Origin: Nageia nagi
Taxonomy: Eukaryota > Plantae > Pinophyta
NCBI GenBank assembly: GCA_050084985.1
Contig: JBITNC010000001.1
Span: 102,300,001-102,364,000, forward strand
DNA: 64,000 nt
Reading direction: 5' to 3'
The translations under genes were made by a program, and so were the position numbers. The notes beneath the pieces were generated by a model, which was not told where the DNA came from, did not search any database, and was given only the letters and a program-made list of their open reading frames with translations. The first letter of the stretch is position 1; every line of letters starts with the position of its first letter. This document shows positions 25,682-37,910 of the stretch, in pieces.

Positions 25682-28600
25682 CTGAAAAGAAAACTATCAA
25701 CATTGTGGATCTAAACCAATTATATCATATAAACGTGTCCTAAAGCACTTAAAACTTTTAACTAAAATATGTAAAATGCCTATCCATGTACTGTACCTTA
25801 ATCTATGAAGCTTCTTGATTACTTTTACATAAGCTTATAATACTGCTATTACAGAATATAATCTTATACTCAAAATTGTTGCAAATAGTTGCATTGAATA
25901 ATAACTTTTGCATGCTCAAATAAGCACAGAATGATGATGAAATGACACATTAAAAGTTTAGTTCAAAAAAGCACACTCAAACCTATGCTCAAGTCTTGCC
26001 TGTTTCTAAAAGCAACCTCAAGGTTCCTGTCCAAGAGATTTTGCTATATTATCAGGATGGCATGAGAGTGGAGGAGGACCCAAGTAGGTATTTCACTCAA
26101 AAACAATTATATTAAATTTTAATCTTTGCATGACAAGAAAATGGCTTAAATAGTGCAGAGAGCATTCGTAAGGAGGTCCAAATCTCAAGAAAAAGAAAAT
26201 TGTCTTATCTCATAATCTATGCATATCCTCATGGTCCACCCCTCTTTGATTCCAAGAACATGCATACTTAAGGAATATTACAATAGTTATGTGCATCCCT
26301 TTTCTATTAACTTTTCATTCATTCATCAATTTCCTATTTCTCTATGTAGCTAAAAGCTTGTAAGGAGGTCTGAGATATAGTTTTCTATTTGGTTCAGGTT
26401 CAATTTCATGTCTATCTCTTTAAAGTGGACATTGTGGTGGTGAAACATGTGGAAAGGTATGCCTTTATTTGTTGAATAACGGCTTGAACTTGCTTTCTAT
26501 TCTTGTTTTTGGTTCTTCTCCTATACTTCCGTTAATAAAATCTGTTTAACAATTGTCATGTTTATTGGATACACTTTTAAGTTAGTTGTGCAATACTAAG
26601 GATGCAGTTTAAGTCCTATTAATGTAAGGTTTGATAATTCCTACCTCTTGTGGATTCAAAAACATAATCTTTTGTGTGAATTATGATCAACTTTTCATCC
26701 TATCCACTTCTATTGAAATATCACGTTACATCTTCGCATTTTCATTATGTTGAAATCCAAACTGCCACCATATTGTTGTATTTGTATTTTGAAGAGGGTG
26801 TATATGTATTCCACTTTTGAATGGGTCTAGAGTGCCTTTGTAGATTACTTGTGACATTATTGTTAGAATGTTGCCTTTTTGAGAAAGGAATAAAGAAAGT
26901 ATATTAATGTCCTTGGATGACCAAAAGTGGTCAATGGGACTAGCAAGTACAAGCGTGACCAAGAAACCAACAAAGCCCCTACTGGGCATCACCTGAAGAA
27001 AGCATAAAAAGGGTGACATAAGAAAATACATCTGTACAAAAGGATCCAAACCCTGAAGAGAGGGAGGAACAAAATCAAAGGCAGACAAAGGGAGGCCATC
27101 TTGGGCCTCTCTAAGGGGAAACCATGGTTGTGCTCTCCAACCCAAGGAGGGATCACACTAGTCCCTAGGGGAAGTGTTTGTGGTACTGTTGTTGGACAAA
27201 AAGAAGGAAGTGATATGTGGAGTCCTCAAAAGAACCTAGGTGCCTTGAATACGTCTCTTGGTCTGATAGGGAGTGTGGATGATCATCTCGTCATCTCCTA
27301 CGAGCCCCCTTAGAAGAAGAGGCTCAAAAAAAGGATGTAATACGTTACTCCTCTTTCAGCTGCTAGGCATGAGCTAGAAGGCGCCTCCATAGAATGAAGG
27401 TCTCTCGGAAATATAGAGCTAAACAACATTGATCTAGGTAGTAGAGAAATCTAGCTAACGAATTGTGTGAGTCCCAGAAGAGGCAATGGTATTGGCCTTA
27501 GATCTCGTAGTAGACCAAGCATCGAAAAACAAAGTGGTCTTTGGACCAATCTTAAGAGAGCAAAGATGACAAACTTGCAGATCCGAGCTATGTGTTGGTT
27601 TGTCTCAATCTTCAATTGGTGGGAGCATACTCAAAACTGTCCAAGGGACATCCTCAATCCAAGCGAGAGATGCAGGTTGATGTAGCCTAGTGGGAGGATC
27701 AAGAGAGAACTTAATAGATTTAATGTCATGGATGCATCCTAAACCTATCAAGCTTTAAAAAATCTATTTCATTTAAATTTCATTCAACAAGAGTCCCATT
27801 TGAGGAGATTTTAGAGAAGGGCCTCCTCTTCATGTTTATAGATTTTACACTTTTTTGTTGTTTTTGCATACTATACTTTGTTCTTTTGTTCTTTAACAAT
27901 GGTTTTGTCCTTTTGATTTCTTGTTCGGAAACTTCTCCACAATGACCTAAGTCACATTTGGGGCAATTTCTTCTATGGTAGATTTGAAATATCCATATCA
28001 AGGCCTAATGCTATGGCTTTGGGGCTTAATATCAAGCTTAGGATCATATAATCATTTAACATTACATAATTGTGCAAACACTAAACTTTGCCTACATGCA
28101 AGTTGTGAATCTCAAGGTTAGAATTTCTTGTCCAATGCATTCTTAAATTTGAATCAGATTTTATAAATCATGTCTACAAAAAACTCCATTCTAATCACCA
28201 ATTTCACACAACTAAAAGATAATTTGCTACTAACCTTGGCCCACCCACCTTAATATTTATTTGCATCATCATAGTGTTCTTACTTGGGATTTCATTTCCA
28301 ATGGTATCATAAATGGCTGGGAAAAATTTTGAAGGATTGAAATGCTTCATACCATGATGGGGAAATTCAATTAGATAATTAATGCTTACTTTTTATAAAT
28401 CAAGGTCAATGGAACAATCATGCTATTACTCTAAAACAGGAATATTATGCAATAAAGCTCATATACCAATGTAATGTAATTGAATAAAGAATAAATTTCA
28501 CAAATAATTGCATTAAGTGGACTTTTAGCTATAAGGAACGAAAGGGACGGTTGTACAGCGTTAATAGTGTTGATTTTGGATGCCAGTATAGGATTTAATG

Positions 28601-29919
28601 GTATCCTTAACTTTCAATTGTTTTTTTGCCTTCTAGAGGACTGACCAGTAATGATTGTGCGTAGTTATCTTAAGCTCTGCCTGGCTGTCCTATAGAGTGC
28701 TGTATTTCAGCAAGGAACCGGTCATGATGTCTCCCTCATCTTTCCCTTCTGAATTACTATCATACGTTTTTTTGACACTATCTCCTCTAATTGCTTTCAT
28801 TGTCAAATTCGTTATGCGAAAAACCTCTAGGTCCTCAGATGATTTACTTAGTTTCTACCTTAGATATTCAAGCTCCATGTTGGTGGCCTTTAACTTGTCT
28901 TCCATCACATATTCCTTTATATGAGTGGCCACAATTTGTGCAAGGGCATATGCTATCCCTTGATTTATATTTTATTCAACTTCTTGCACCTTCTTCCACA
29001 GCGTTTTGTTTTCTTCTTTGGTAGTTGATGCTTCCGCAGAAATCATGAACAATGTCCGCTCTAATTGTTCAATCTGCCCAAGAGTTGCAGGTTTACTAGC
29101 TTTTATACCTTCATTTTCTTGGAGAATATTTTGCAACTCATTCTCTTTGTCTAGTAGTGCATCTTTGAGCATAGGAATTTCTACCTTTGCACTTTCAGTA
29201 TCTTCTTTGGCTTTATTTGCTTCAGCTTTGCTTTCCTTAAGAGCAATTAATAATTTGTTAATCTCATCCTCTTTTTGTTGGATAGTGGATGCAAACTCTG
29301 TCCTCAAGAATTCCTCTCTTTGTTGCGTTTGTTGTTGTAGTGTAGTAGACTTTTCTAATGCTATTTGAGATAGCTCATGTTTTTGTCTCCACTTACTTAT
29401 CTCTTCTATTGCAGATTTAATTTGTTCATGAATCGTACTTAGATTTGTTTCCGCACCGCTATATTTGTTTTTGAGAGAGGCAATTTCTATAGCAAATCCC
29501 TTTTCCTTAGTCTTTTGCTTTTCTTGAATTTGTTTACAACCTTCCTTCCATTTGGAACTTTCCTTCTTAGTAGCTTCCAAAAGCTCATATGTTCTGGCAT
29601 ACTTTTCTTCTAAATAGTTATACCTATTTCGAATTCTTGCCAATTTATCCAAACTCTTTTCCTTGTTAGAAACATCCTGTTGTCCCCTACACAACTCACC
29701 CCAAAATGTAGCAATTTTGGGGACCTTCTGCAATTTAGAGTCGTCAAACATCCAGCTGGAACCACGTCTCCTCTGCTCCAATAAATTCAAAATCAAGCCT
29801 ATCACCCGTCCAATCTCAATCATGTTGTGTTGAAAAATAAAACCCTTGAAAAATGACTAAGTCTGGAGAAATGTAAGTCAAGTCTAGGTGGAATAGAGAA
29901 ATCCAAGTCAAGTCCAAAC

Positions 29920-30133
29920 TAAGTTGCACAAAACGTGGAAACATTCCTGAGTTTCCGAAATGGGTACGTCAGGAAACGTGACCCCTCCAAAAAGGAAACG
30001 CCAAGGAAACGCAGTATATATATATATATATAATTAAGTTGCACAAAACGTGGAAACATTCCTGAGTTTCCGAAATGGGTACGTCAGGAAACGTGACCCC
30101 TCCAAAAAGGAAACGCCAAGGAAACGCAGTATA

Positions 30134-30165
<32 letters not shown>
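29920..30165. repeat. 115-bp tandem duplication of the hAT terminus, each copy ending in (TA)n
   Basis: Identical copies start at 29920 and 30035. Confidence 0.95.
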
Positions 30166-30458
30166 TACAAAATAGATGATTACATGTTGATTAAATGATG
30201 CATACATCAAATGCCAAAATCCCATATTAACTCCCACATTACATGATGCAAACAACAAAAATATTAACTCCAAAGAACAAACGGTAGGCATATTATATTA
30301 ACTCCCTTGGATCACTACATGATGCAAATAACAAAATCAAAAATAAGCCTTTATAGATGAGGCTTTACATCCAAAACAAGCCTTTATACACGAGGTTATA
30401 TATCCTAGAAACAAAATAGAACATCGCTAAAGACAACAATCAGACTTACATATTCTCA

Positions 30459-32833
30459 TTACTCATCCTCATCCTCATCCTCAAAAATAGAACAAGATGC
30501 TTGTTCAATAGAAGTAGTGCCAACATTGGAAGAAGAGGCACCAATACTACTAGCACCACTACCACCAATACCAAGAGCAATAAGAGAGAGTTCCAAGTTT
30601 GGGTTCTCTGGATCCACATCCCATTCTTTATAAGGCCCACTTGTATATTCTTCACCCCTACGAGACACAAAACGTAGGTTTGAATGCAAATATACAAGAT
30701 CCTCAACCTTTTGTGATCCCAACCTGTTCCTCTTCACATTATGAATGAAACCATAGGTGCTCCAATTTTTTTCAGCTGCTGAAGAGCTTGCCACTTGTGA
30801 TAGAATACGAATGGCAACATCTTGCAAATGTACACCTACATAAGAACAAAAATATGCATGAGCATGTTGTTATGTAATGTTACATAAAGTAATATTACAA
30901 AGCAAAAAGTAAGCACAAAATGTACACTTGCAGCCCCATGACAAGTCCACCACTTAATTGGGGTCATGGTGGTCCTCTCCTCCAAAGTTGATATGTCTCC
31001 AAATTCCTCCAATCCAGCAGCAAAAGCTGCAAATTCATTCCTCAATTCAATTTGTAGAGGAGCTGGAAACAACCTTTGAAAGGCTTTCTTCACTCCACTT
31101 GCCACCTCCTTGTCCTTGTGTGGGGCCTTCCTCTTCCCATTGCTTTTAGCAATGAGTTCTTCATCATAAAAGCGTGGGGTGAGAGCATGTGCCAACATGT
31201 GCAATAGAGTGTTAAATCCATTCCACCTTGTAACCATGATGGTCCTCACCTGTGTCAAATTTAAAAAAATTGTCAACACATTTAAATTTTACATTTTTAA
31301 ATTTTTAAGCAAATATTGATATAATGCATTATTGAAACATTGATGGTCATGGACCTCACCTGGTCTACAAAATCAAAATCAACAAAGACAAGCATGGGAG
31401 CCTCCTGTGTAATAATTTCTAGAGTTTTCTCAATCATGGTATCCATGCCATCATAAACCTCTCCCAAGAAAGGTTTATTTGTGTCTGCTTCTCGAAGAAG
31501 CTCAAATGCAGGTGATGTGAATTTCAGCAAGAAATCCACCTTCATCCACCAATCCTCATCAATCAACACCCTTCGCACCACATTTCCCCTCTCTGAATCT
31601 GATCGTCTTCACTCAGCCCATGTAGGACCCACCACCATACCTAACAATGCTGATTTCACCTGAACTAGCCGCCTCAACATGATGAAGTTTGAGGCATATC
31701 TTGTCTCAGCAACTCCAATTTGGAGGGTTCTCGAAAAATTGCTTGAGATAGGTGATGGTTGGTGATAAATTTTATGATATCTCTTGCTTGCCCTATGACC
31801 TCCTTAATCCAATAAGTTTATTCTCTATCTCCTCTAAGATCAAATTTAAATTATGGACAATGCAAGGAGTCCAAAAAATATGATTGTACCTACTCTCAAT
31901 AATCATTCCAGCTACTTTGCAAACAAGTGCATTATCTGTTATAACTTGCACCACTCTATTTGGGCCTACTTGCTCAATAGTAGCAATTAAAATGTTAGCA
32001 ATAAAGTTCATGTCTTATACCTCTCCAGAACAATCTTCAACTTTCAAAAACATTGCTCCAGCAAGTGATGATGTAATGACATTGATCAATGGCCTATTTT
32101 TTGTATCCATCCAACCATCTGAAATGATAGACACCCCTAAGCTGCTCCATGAGTTTCAAATAGGTCTTAAAACATCATCAAGAAGGTTCTTCTCTTTAGC
32201 CAGCAAAGTAGTTCTGACTTTTTCATAGTTTGGCCCTTTAAAACCTCTAGGGGCTATGTTAATTGCCCTCACCATATCTTGCCAGTATGGAGACCGAAGC
32301 ACATTGAAGGAGATGCCACAAGCATAGAGGGCCCTTGCCACTCTAGTCTCTACTTCCTCTCTCTCTTGAGTGTTGAACATTTTCAACAATCTACTTTCAT
32401 TTTGTGAATCAGGATTGGCCATCTCATTTTCAACAGTTGTTGCCCTCCTCTTCCTTGCTTCATGGACAATCCTTGGCTCACCACTAGCAGCTAAACGAGT
32501 ATTTGAACTTTGACCAATTTTGCTTCTTTGATCTTTCAACCTTTGAGCATCATCACTCTCACTTTGGAACTTGGCCCTCACTTCAGGTTTTTTTGTATGT
32601 GGACAGCCATCAATCCCCTTCCCTTCCTGCAGAATGTGAGCCTTGACTCTTGTGTAAGAGTCCTTGTAGGGCCTCGCATTTTGACATAGATTGCACCTCC
32701 ATTCCCATGAACCCCCACCAGACATTTTTTTTATCTTAGTCACATACTGCCAAAGGGGATAATATTCTTCCTGTTTGTTTGATTGAGGTGTTCTTGGGGT
32801 TGGAGAGTGACCACTCTCAAAACCAGAAGCCAT
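30459..32833 (-). pseudogene. hAT transposase (BED finger, DUF659, C-terminal dimerization domain), frameshifted; introns 31250-31359 and 30836-30927
   Basis: LWQYV..WRCNLC..RVKAH; SDGW; VQVITDNA..FWTPCIVH; WWTCHG..LQDVAIRILSQVASSSAAEKNWSTYGFIH..KRNRL. Confidence 0.95.
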
Positions 32834-33465
32834 CTCGCCTTTGCTGCTAGTGGAAGAAAAAAAAAGTAAAAAACAGTAACAACAAAAGAAAAATATTAAA
32901 AACAATGGCAATATCAGTAAAATACTAAAAACACAGCCCACACCTTTGTTGTTGTTGCCACAAGTCTGTCCTCTTTGCTAGGAATGCACTTCTAGCTATC
33001 CAAAGCTCTTCTTGCTGCTATCCAAAGCTTTCCTTGCTGCTTGCTGGGAATGCTCCAATACTATGTGAAGAATGAATGAATGAAGTGTTTTCTATTTTCT
33101 TATAGTTGCTTTTAGGGTTTCATATTTTATTTATTTTTTATTCTAATGACTTAAAAGTGGGACCCACGAACTTGTTTGGAGGGAAAATGCAAAAAAAATG
33201 TGTAATTTTAACTTGCACCCGCCGGAAACGTGCAAAAACGTGCTAGAAACACCAATCTAGAGTCGGAAATGCATTTCCAAGTCGGGAAACATTTTGGAAA
33301 CGTTTTCGACTTCGGAAACATCCTGGGAAATGTGTTTCCTCTTATTTCGTCCCCGTTTCCACGTTTCCTCGAGCTTCCGGTACGGATACGAGGCTTGGGA
33401 CGGAGTTTCTTGCAACTTATAGTCCAGACCAAGCAAGTCAGATCCAGGCCACTCGCAGGCCTGGC

Positions 33466-34248
33466 GCATGCTTCAAAAAGACGTGCTCAAGCCAAGAAGA
33501 TGATTGGTTTCAAGGTTAAGTCCCGAAACTCGAACTAGGTCACTCTTGGACCCAACGCATGACATGAAAAGACAAAATCTTGTCTTTTCGAGGCATGCAC
33601 CAGGCTCAAGGAGATGCCCAGGACGAAACGAAGGCTCGAAAAGGACAAGTTAGTGCACATCAAAGCTGGTGCATGCCTCAAAAAGACAAAATTGTATCTT
33701 TTGGGAGCATGCACCCAAGTCAAGAGGATGCCCGTAAAGACAGTGCACTCACCTAGGAAGCTGGCGCACACCTCAAAAAGACAAATTCATGACTTTTGGG
33801 AGCACGTGCCAAGCCTAAGAAGACACTAGGATGGAGTAAGCATGAAAACACGACTAAGTGCCAGGAGCAGGAGACCAAAACAAGGCAAATCTGACCATCT
33901 GCAACCCAGTGCATGCCTCAGGAAGACAGGACCCAACTTTTTGGATCATGCGCCCATGCTAGAGGAGTCGGAGAAGTTGGAGGGTGTTTCAAAAAGACAC
34001 AATCCTGTCTTTTGAAACCATGTGCCAGGTTTGGAAGGGTCCTCGGGTTGAGATGTTTGGAAAAAATGAGTAAGTTGGGCCCCAAAGAAGTGAGCATTGA
34101 GCAAGATCAAATCTCAGGACGGAGTTCAAGGGTCCAATCGAACAAGCACGAGCATCAAGAGGGCCAACGTGGAGAATGCATTCACCCCAGGGGCTGGTGC
34201 ATGCCCCAGAAAGACAAAATCTTGTCTTTTCTAGGCATGCGCCAAGCC
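33466..34248. repeat. Dispersed array of ~42-bp imperfect palindromes
   Basis: gcatgc..aaaagaca-N6-tgtctttt..gcatgc at about 33557, 33668, 33763, 33911, 33986 and 34191, plus a half copy at 33466. Confidence 0.85.
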
Positions 34249-34373
34249 AGAAGACATCCTGAAACTTCCACGTTTGGTTCTGGTCGGTTAGGAGCAAAGT
34301 TTAATGATGGCACACAACTCAAGGTCGACCACCTGGATGGCTGGGATGTAATTTTCTCCATAACCTAGCCGAC

Positions 34374-34408
34374 TAGGGTTTCAAGAAAGCCCATATCAAC
34401 TATAAATA
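34374..34408 (+). promoter_or_regulatory. Putative Pol II promoter of the LTR-internal ORF: telo-box, site II and TATA
   Basis: TAGGGTTT 34374-34381, AGCCCA 34388-34393, TATAAATA 34401-34408, about 220 bp upstream of ATG 34621. Confidence 0.6.
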
Positions 34409-34620
34409 CCAACCTGGGGTCCTCATTTTTCCAAATTCAAATCGCACTCCTCTTCTACATTTGCACCAAAATTGCAGAATTTTGAGTGTGAAATTCGCCT
34501 AGGTGCTTAGGAAGGCTTGCGAAAGGGAACAAGAAGTAAAGGTGAGAGGCGTCGAGGTCATAGGCTTGCAAGAAAGCAATCACATCACCTCGAAAAGTCC
34601 TCTACACTCGCTAAAACGTC

Positions 34621-37600
34621 ATGGCTAGTTCCAAAAGCAATTCGGCCAAGGACTATGCGCGAGATCTGGAGTACATCAAGCAAGGGTGTATCATCACTAT
34701 ATGTGAGCAAGGAGACTCCCTATCCCAGGGGGCTAAGTTCTCCAAGAATGGGCTGGCCACTATCGGAGACACAGACTGGCAGAAGGTGGATCTGATGCAG
34801 ATGAGAAAGAAGATCAAAAAAAAGCCAGTTAGTGAGTTGAAACAAGATATCGTCTTCTTCTCTGGGCTCTCAAACTGTGCCTTCATCCCATTCACAACTT
34901 CGTTCCCAGAGCTGTGTCTGGAAGTTGACCAACATTGGAGGAAAGGTGAAAGGGTGCTCTGCGACATCAAGGGCAATGTCATCATGGACTTCAGCCCCAA
35001 AGGTATCAAGGCCACATTTCAGTGGACTTCAGAGAGCAATTTTGAGTATACGGAGGAGCAATCGTTGGCATGCTATCGAGAAACCAATAGAGCAGCCACA
35101 ACAATCAAGAGTTGGATGTTTGATGAGCACCATGGCCTGAAGGGTAACGCGCTCATCAATGTCCCTCACTCCCGCTTCCATCCCTCCATCAAATTAATGA
35201 TCCTCATGTTGTCACAAGTTCTCGGGAAGGAGGATGCGTCCAAATTCCTGAAAGAGTTCTTCGGCTTCATCGTGGAGATAGCCAAGGGGAAGAAGATCAA
35301 ATGGAGTATAGTGTTGAGCGATAGCATCATGGACCAGCTATCGTCGATGGGAACCACACAGAGATTTTACCTCAATTCTTGGTTGGTATACGTGTTGCTC
35401 CACGGCAAGCAAAGGCCTACTACCTTAGGTGAGGCTGATTTGATCGAGAAGGGAACATATGCCGTATAGAAGTGCTACCCAAAGTGGAAGATCGAGAGGA
35501 GATGGGACAATTTCGCAATGAAGAATGATGGATGGGAATACGAAATCTACAAGGAGCTTAAGGGAGAGATCATTGTTGCCAAAATTTCCAACTCAACCCA
35601 GGATGTGTTGAGGAAACATGTAGACTTCTTCATCCATCACCAACATTACTCCTACATTCGCCTCTACGAATCAGCCGTGGAGCCATATCAACTACCTCAG
35701 TACGTGAGGAATAGGATGCCCCTGATGAAGATGATGAGGCAGTTGACCTACCTACATGAGCACGTTTGGCAAAAGAAGTCAGCCACTTCCAATCTGCCAA
35801 TCATGGTGGGAGAGTACCAATGTGGAGCTTGGGCGGACGTGGCCTCCATGATAGATGAGTTGGGAAGGTACAAATTCAAGAAGATGTCGGCCGCCAACCA
35901 CTATGACCCTGAGCATTGAGTCCACAACTTCTATATGAAGGAGAGGAAGAAAGCCTATGAGCATAGGCCACTTAGAGATGAGAAGCCATTTCGAAATGTC
36001 AACACCGAAGTGGAAGTGAATAAGATTCGTGCCAAGATGCAAAAGGAGGCTCAGAAACAACAAGAAGTAGAGGCATCAATTCATAAGAAGTTGTCCCGAT
36101 CTCCGGGAAGGAGACCGCAAGAATCTACCTCTAGGGTCACCCAATTTCCACCGACAAATGAGGAACCTGTTGGGCAATATGCATCCATGCATGGGAAGGT
36201 TCCCGTTGAGCAGATAGCACAACAGATAAGGGAGACAATTGATGAACATGATGTGAGGGAATTGGAGCGCTTGGCCACCAATAAGGAAGTGAGATGTGCG
36301 AGAAACCAAAGATCGGATCCGTCTCCATGCCAAAGGCCAGCGAGGATAGTAGTGTCATGTCCATATCATACCATTCCATGATCAAGGTCAAAGTCCTCAG
36401 GCCATTTATATGAAGACCATGGAACCCCTCATGAAGAACAAGTAGATGGACAGGGAGATGATGATCAGTAGATTATGTAGAGTATGCTTGAAGAGGGGGA
36501 GTATGAGAGCATTCCAGAAGATGAGTCAAATGAAGGGCCAAAAGATGAGCATGCACCCAGTTCTATTCCTAAAAGAGACATACAGGATGCACAGTGTGAG
36601 GAAGAGTCATCATTGGAGATCTTGAAGGAAGTCCATAACCGCACCACTTCAAAACCTTCAACATTTCAGAGGAAAGACCAAGACCCTACTCCGGATTCAA
36701 TACCAAGGAGAGCCCAATTGAAGAGAGGGTCTCGGTCCAGATTGTCAACAGCACCCGAGGAGATTGCAGGATAGAATGAATGACCTTTGAAGAAGATCCG
36801 AAGCAACACCGTCACCATCACCGAGTAGTTGTTAAGACCCACCAGCCTTCGCCTAACCCGAAGTGGGGTGTAGACATGGACGAGAGCCTCGATGTCTTCA
36901 ACATGGACGTGGGGGAAGAGTTTAGACCTAGCGGAGCAAACGATCAGATTGGGGAAAGCTCTACTCATTTGGGGAAGAGCCAGACCTATGTGCGCATGAC
37001 GGAAAACACAATATGCATCAAGACCATAGTGGCAAATAAGGATAACCCTCAGGGCCTCAAAGACTTGAGACAAATAAACAAAATCATCAACATAGGTCCC
37101 ATTGGTGTGACTCGCAAGAAACATGCAATCATTTCATACACGGAGGCAATCGCCAAGGACGAGCTACTAAAAGAAAAGGAAATAAAGAGCTTAAGGAAGG
37201 AGTTGGTTGCCCAGAGGAAATTGACTCGTGAGCTTGAGTCCGCAAAAGTATGCCTTAAAGAAGGCATGAAGGCGGTAAAACAAGAGGTGATAGATGAGGT
37301 TTCCACAGCATTGAGGCGATTAATTGGGGCCCTTCACAAAGTCTCTTTCGCAGAGGAGTAGTTGAAGTATATCGTCACCGAAAGGATTCGGTTGCACAGG
37401 ATCTTAGATTCTCAGAGACCCATGGTGTTGAGGTATGAGGCATTGTAGAGAGGTCCAAAGCTGCCAAACTTTGCGAAGACTACTGGTTCTACGTGGGGGT
37501 GAATAGCCAAATCATCACCAATTTCCAGGAGGTGAGGAAGGGAGTGACAGGGATCAATGACAAGGCTCACTCATGCATTGAACAGATGGACTTTCATGTA

Positions 37601-37910
37601 CAGTTCCTAGAAGAGAACACCACCATCCGGGAGGAAGATGAGGTAGCGATAGAGGTCGGACATCTCCTTCATAGCCTGATGATGACCGACGACGTGAACT
37701 CCTACCAGTCAAGGGAATCACCTAAGGCACATGCTGCGAGCTAATGCATGGAAAGCTGAGATGCAGAAGCTAGCGGACGAAGTCGAGGATAGCATAGCTA
37801 CTAGCAGGCCAAAGCTCTTGAAGATGCTGCGTGGAGTGGAGCTTATGGCGAGATTCGTGGCTGAAGGAATTGAGGATCAAGTTGTGGGCTTGGGCCCACC
37901 ATTGGCTTAA
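34621..37910 (+). pseudogene. ~1,100-codon retroelement accessory ORF of unknown function, decayed
   Basis: ORFs at 34621, 35518, 35935 and 36484 share one frame, broken by TAG/TGA stops consistent with single transitions. It continues via frameshifts (36780, 37493, ~37743) to TAA at 37910. Globular N-terminus, acidic middle, coiled-coil C-terminus. Confidence 0.8.

Larger units (their letters stand above)
29919..33420 (-). mobile_element. hAT DNA transposon with TIRs and 8-bp TSD
   Basis: TIRs ctaagttgcacaaaac / gtttcttgcaacttat. TSD agtccaaa (29911-29918) vs agtccaga (33421-33428). Dense GGAAAC/GTTTCC subterminal repeats at both ends. Confidence 0.92.

Noticed and set aside
25900-28500. 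LTR-like segments, possibly the missing 3' LTR
   Set aside because: No TG..CA/TSD pair or match to the 40370-41981 termini could be established.
29678-29823. N-terminus of ORF 28972..29823 as a real gene start
   Set aside because: These codons are read from the inserted LTR unit; the true upstream part is beyond 39013.
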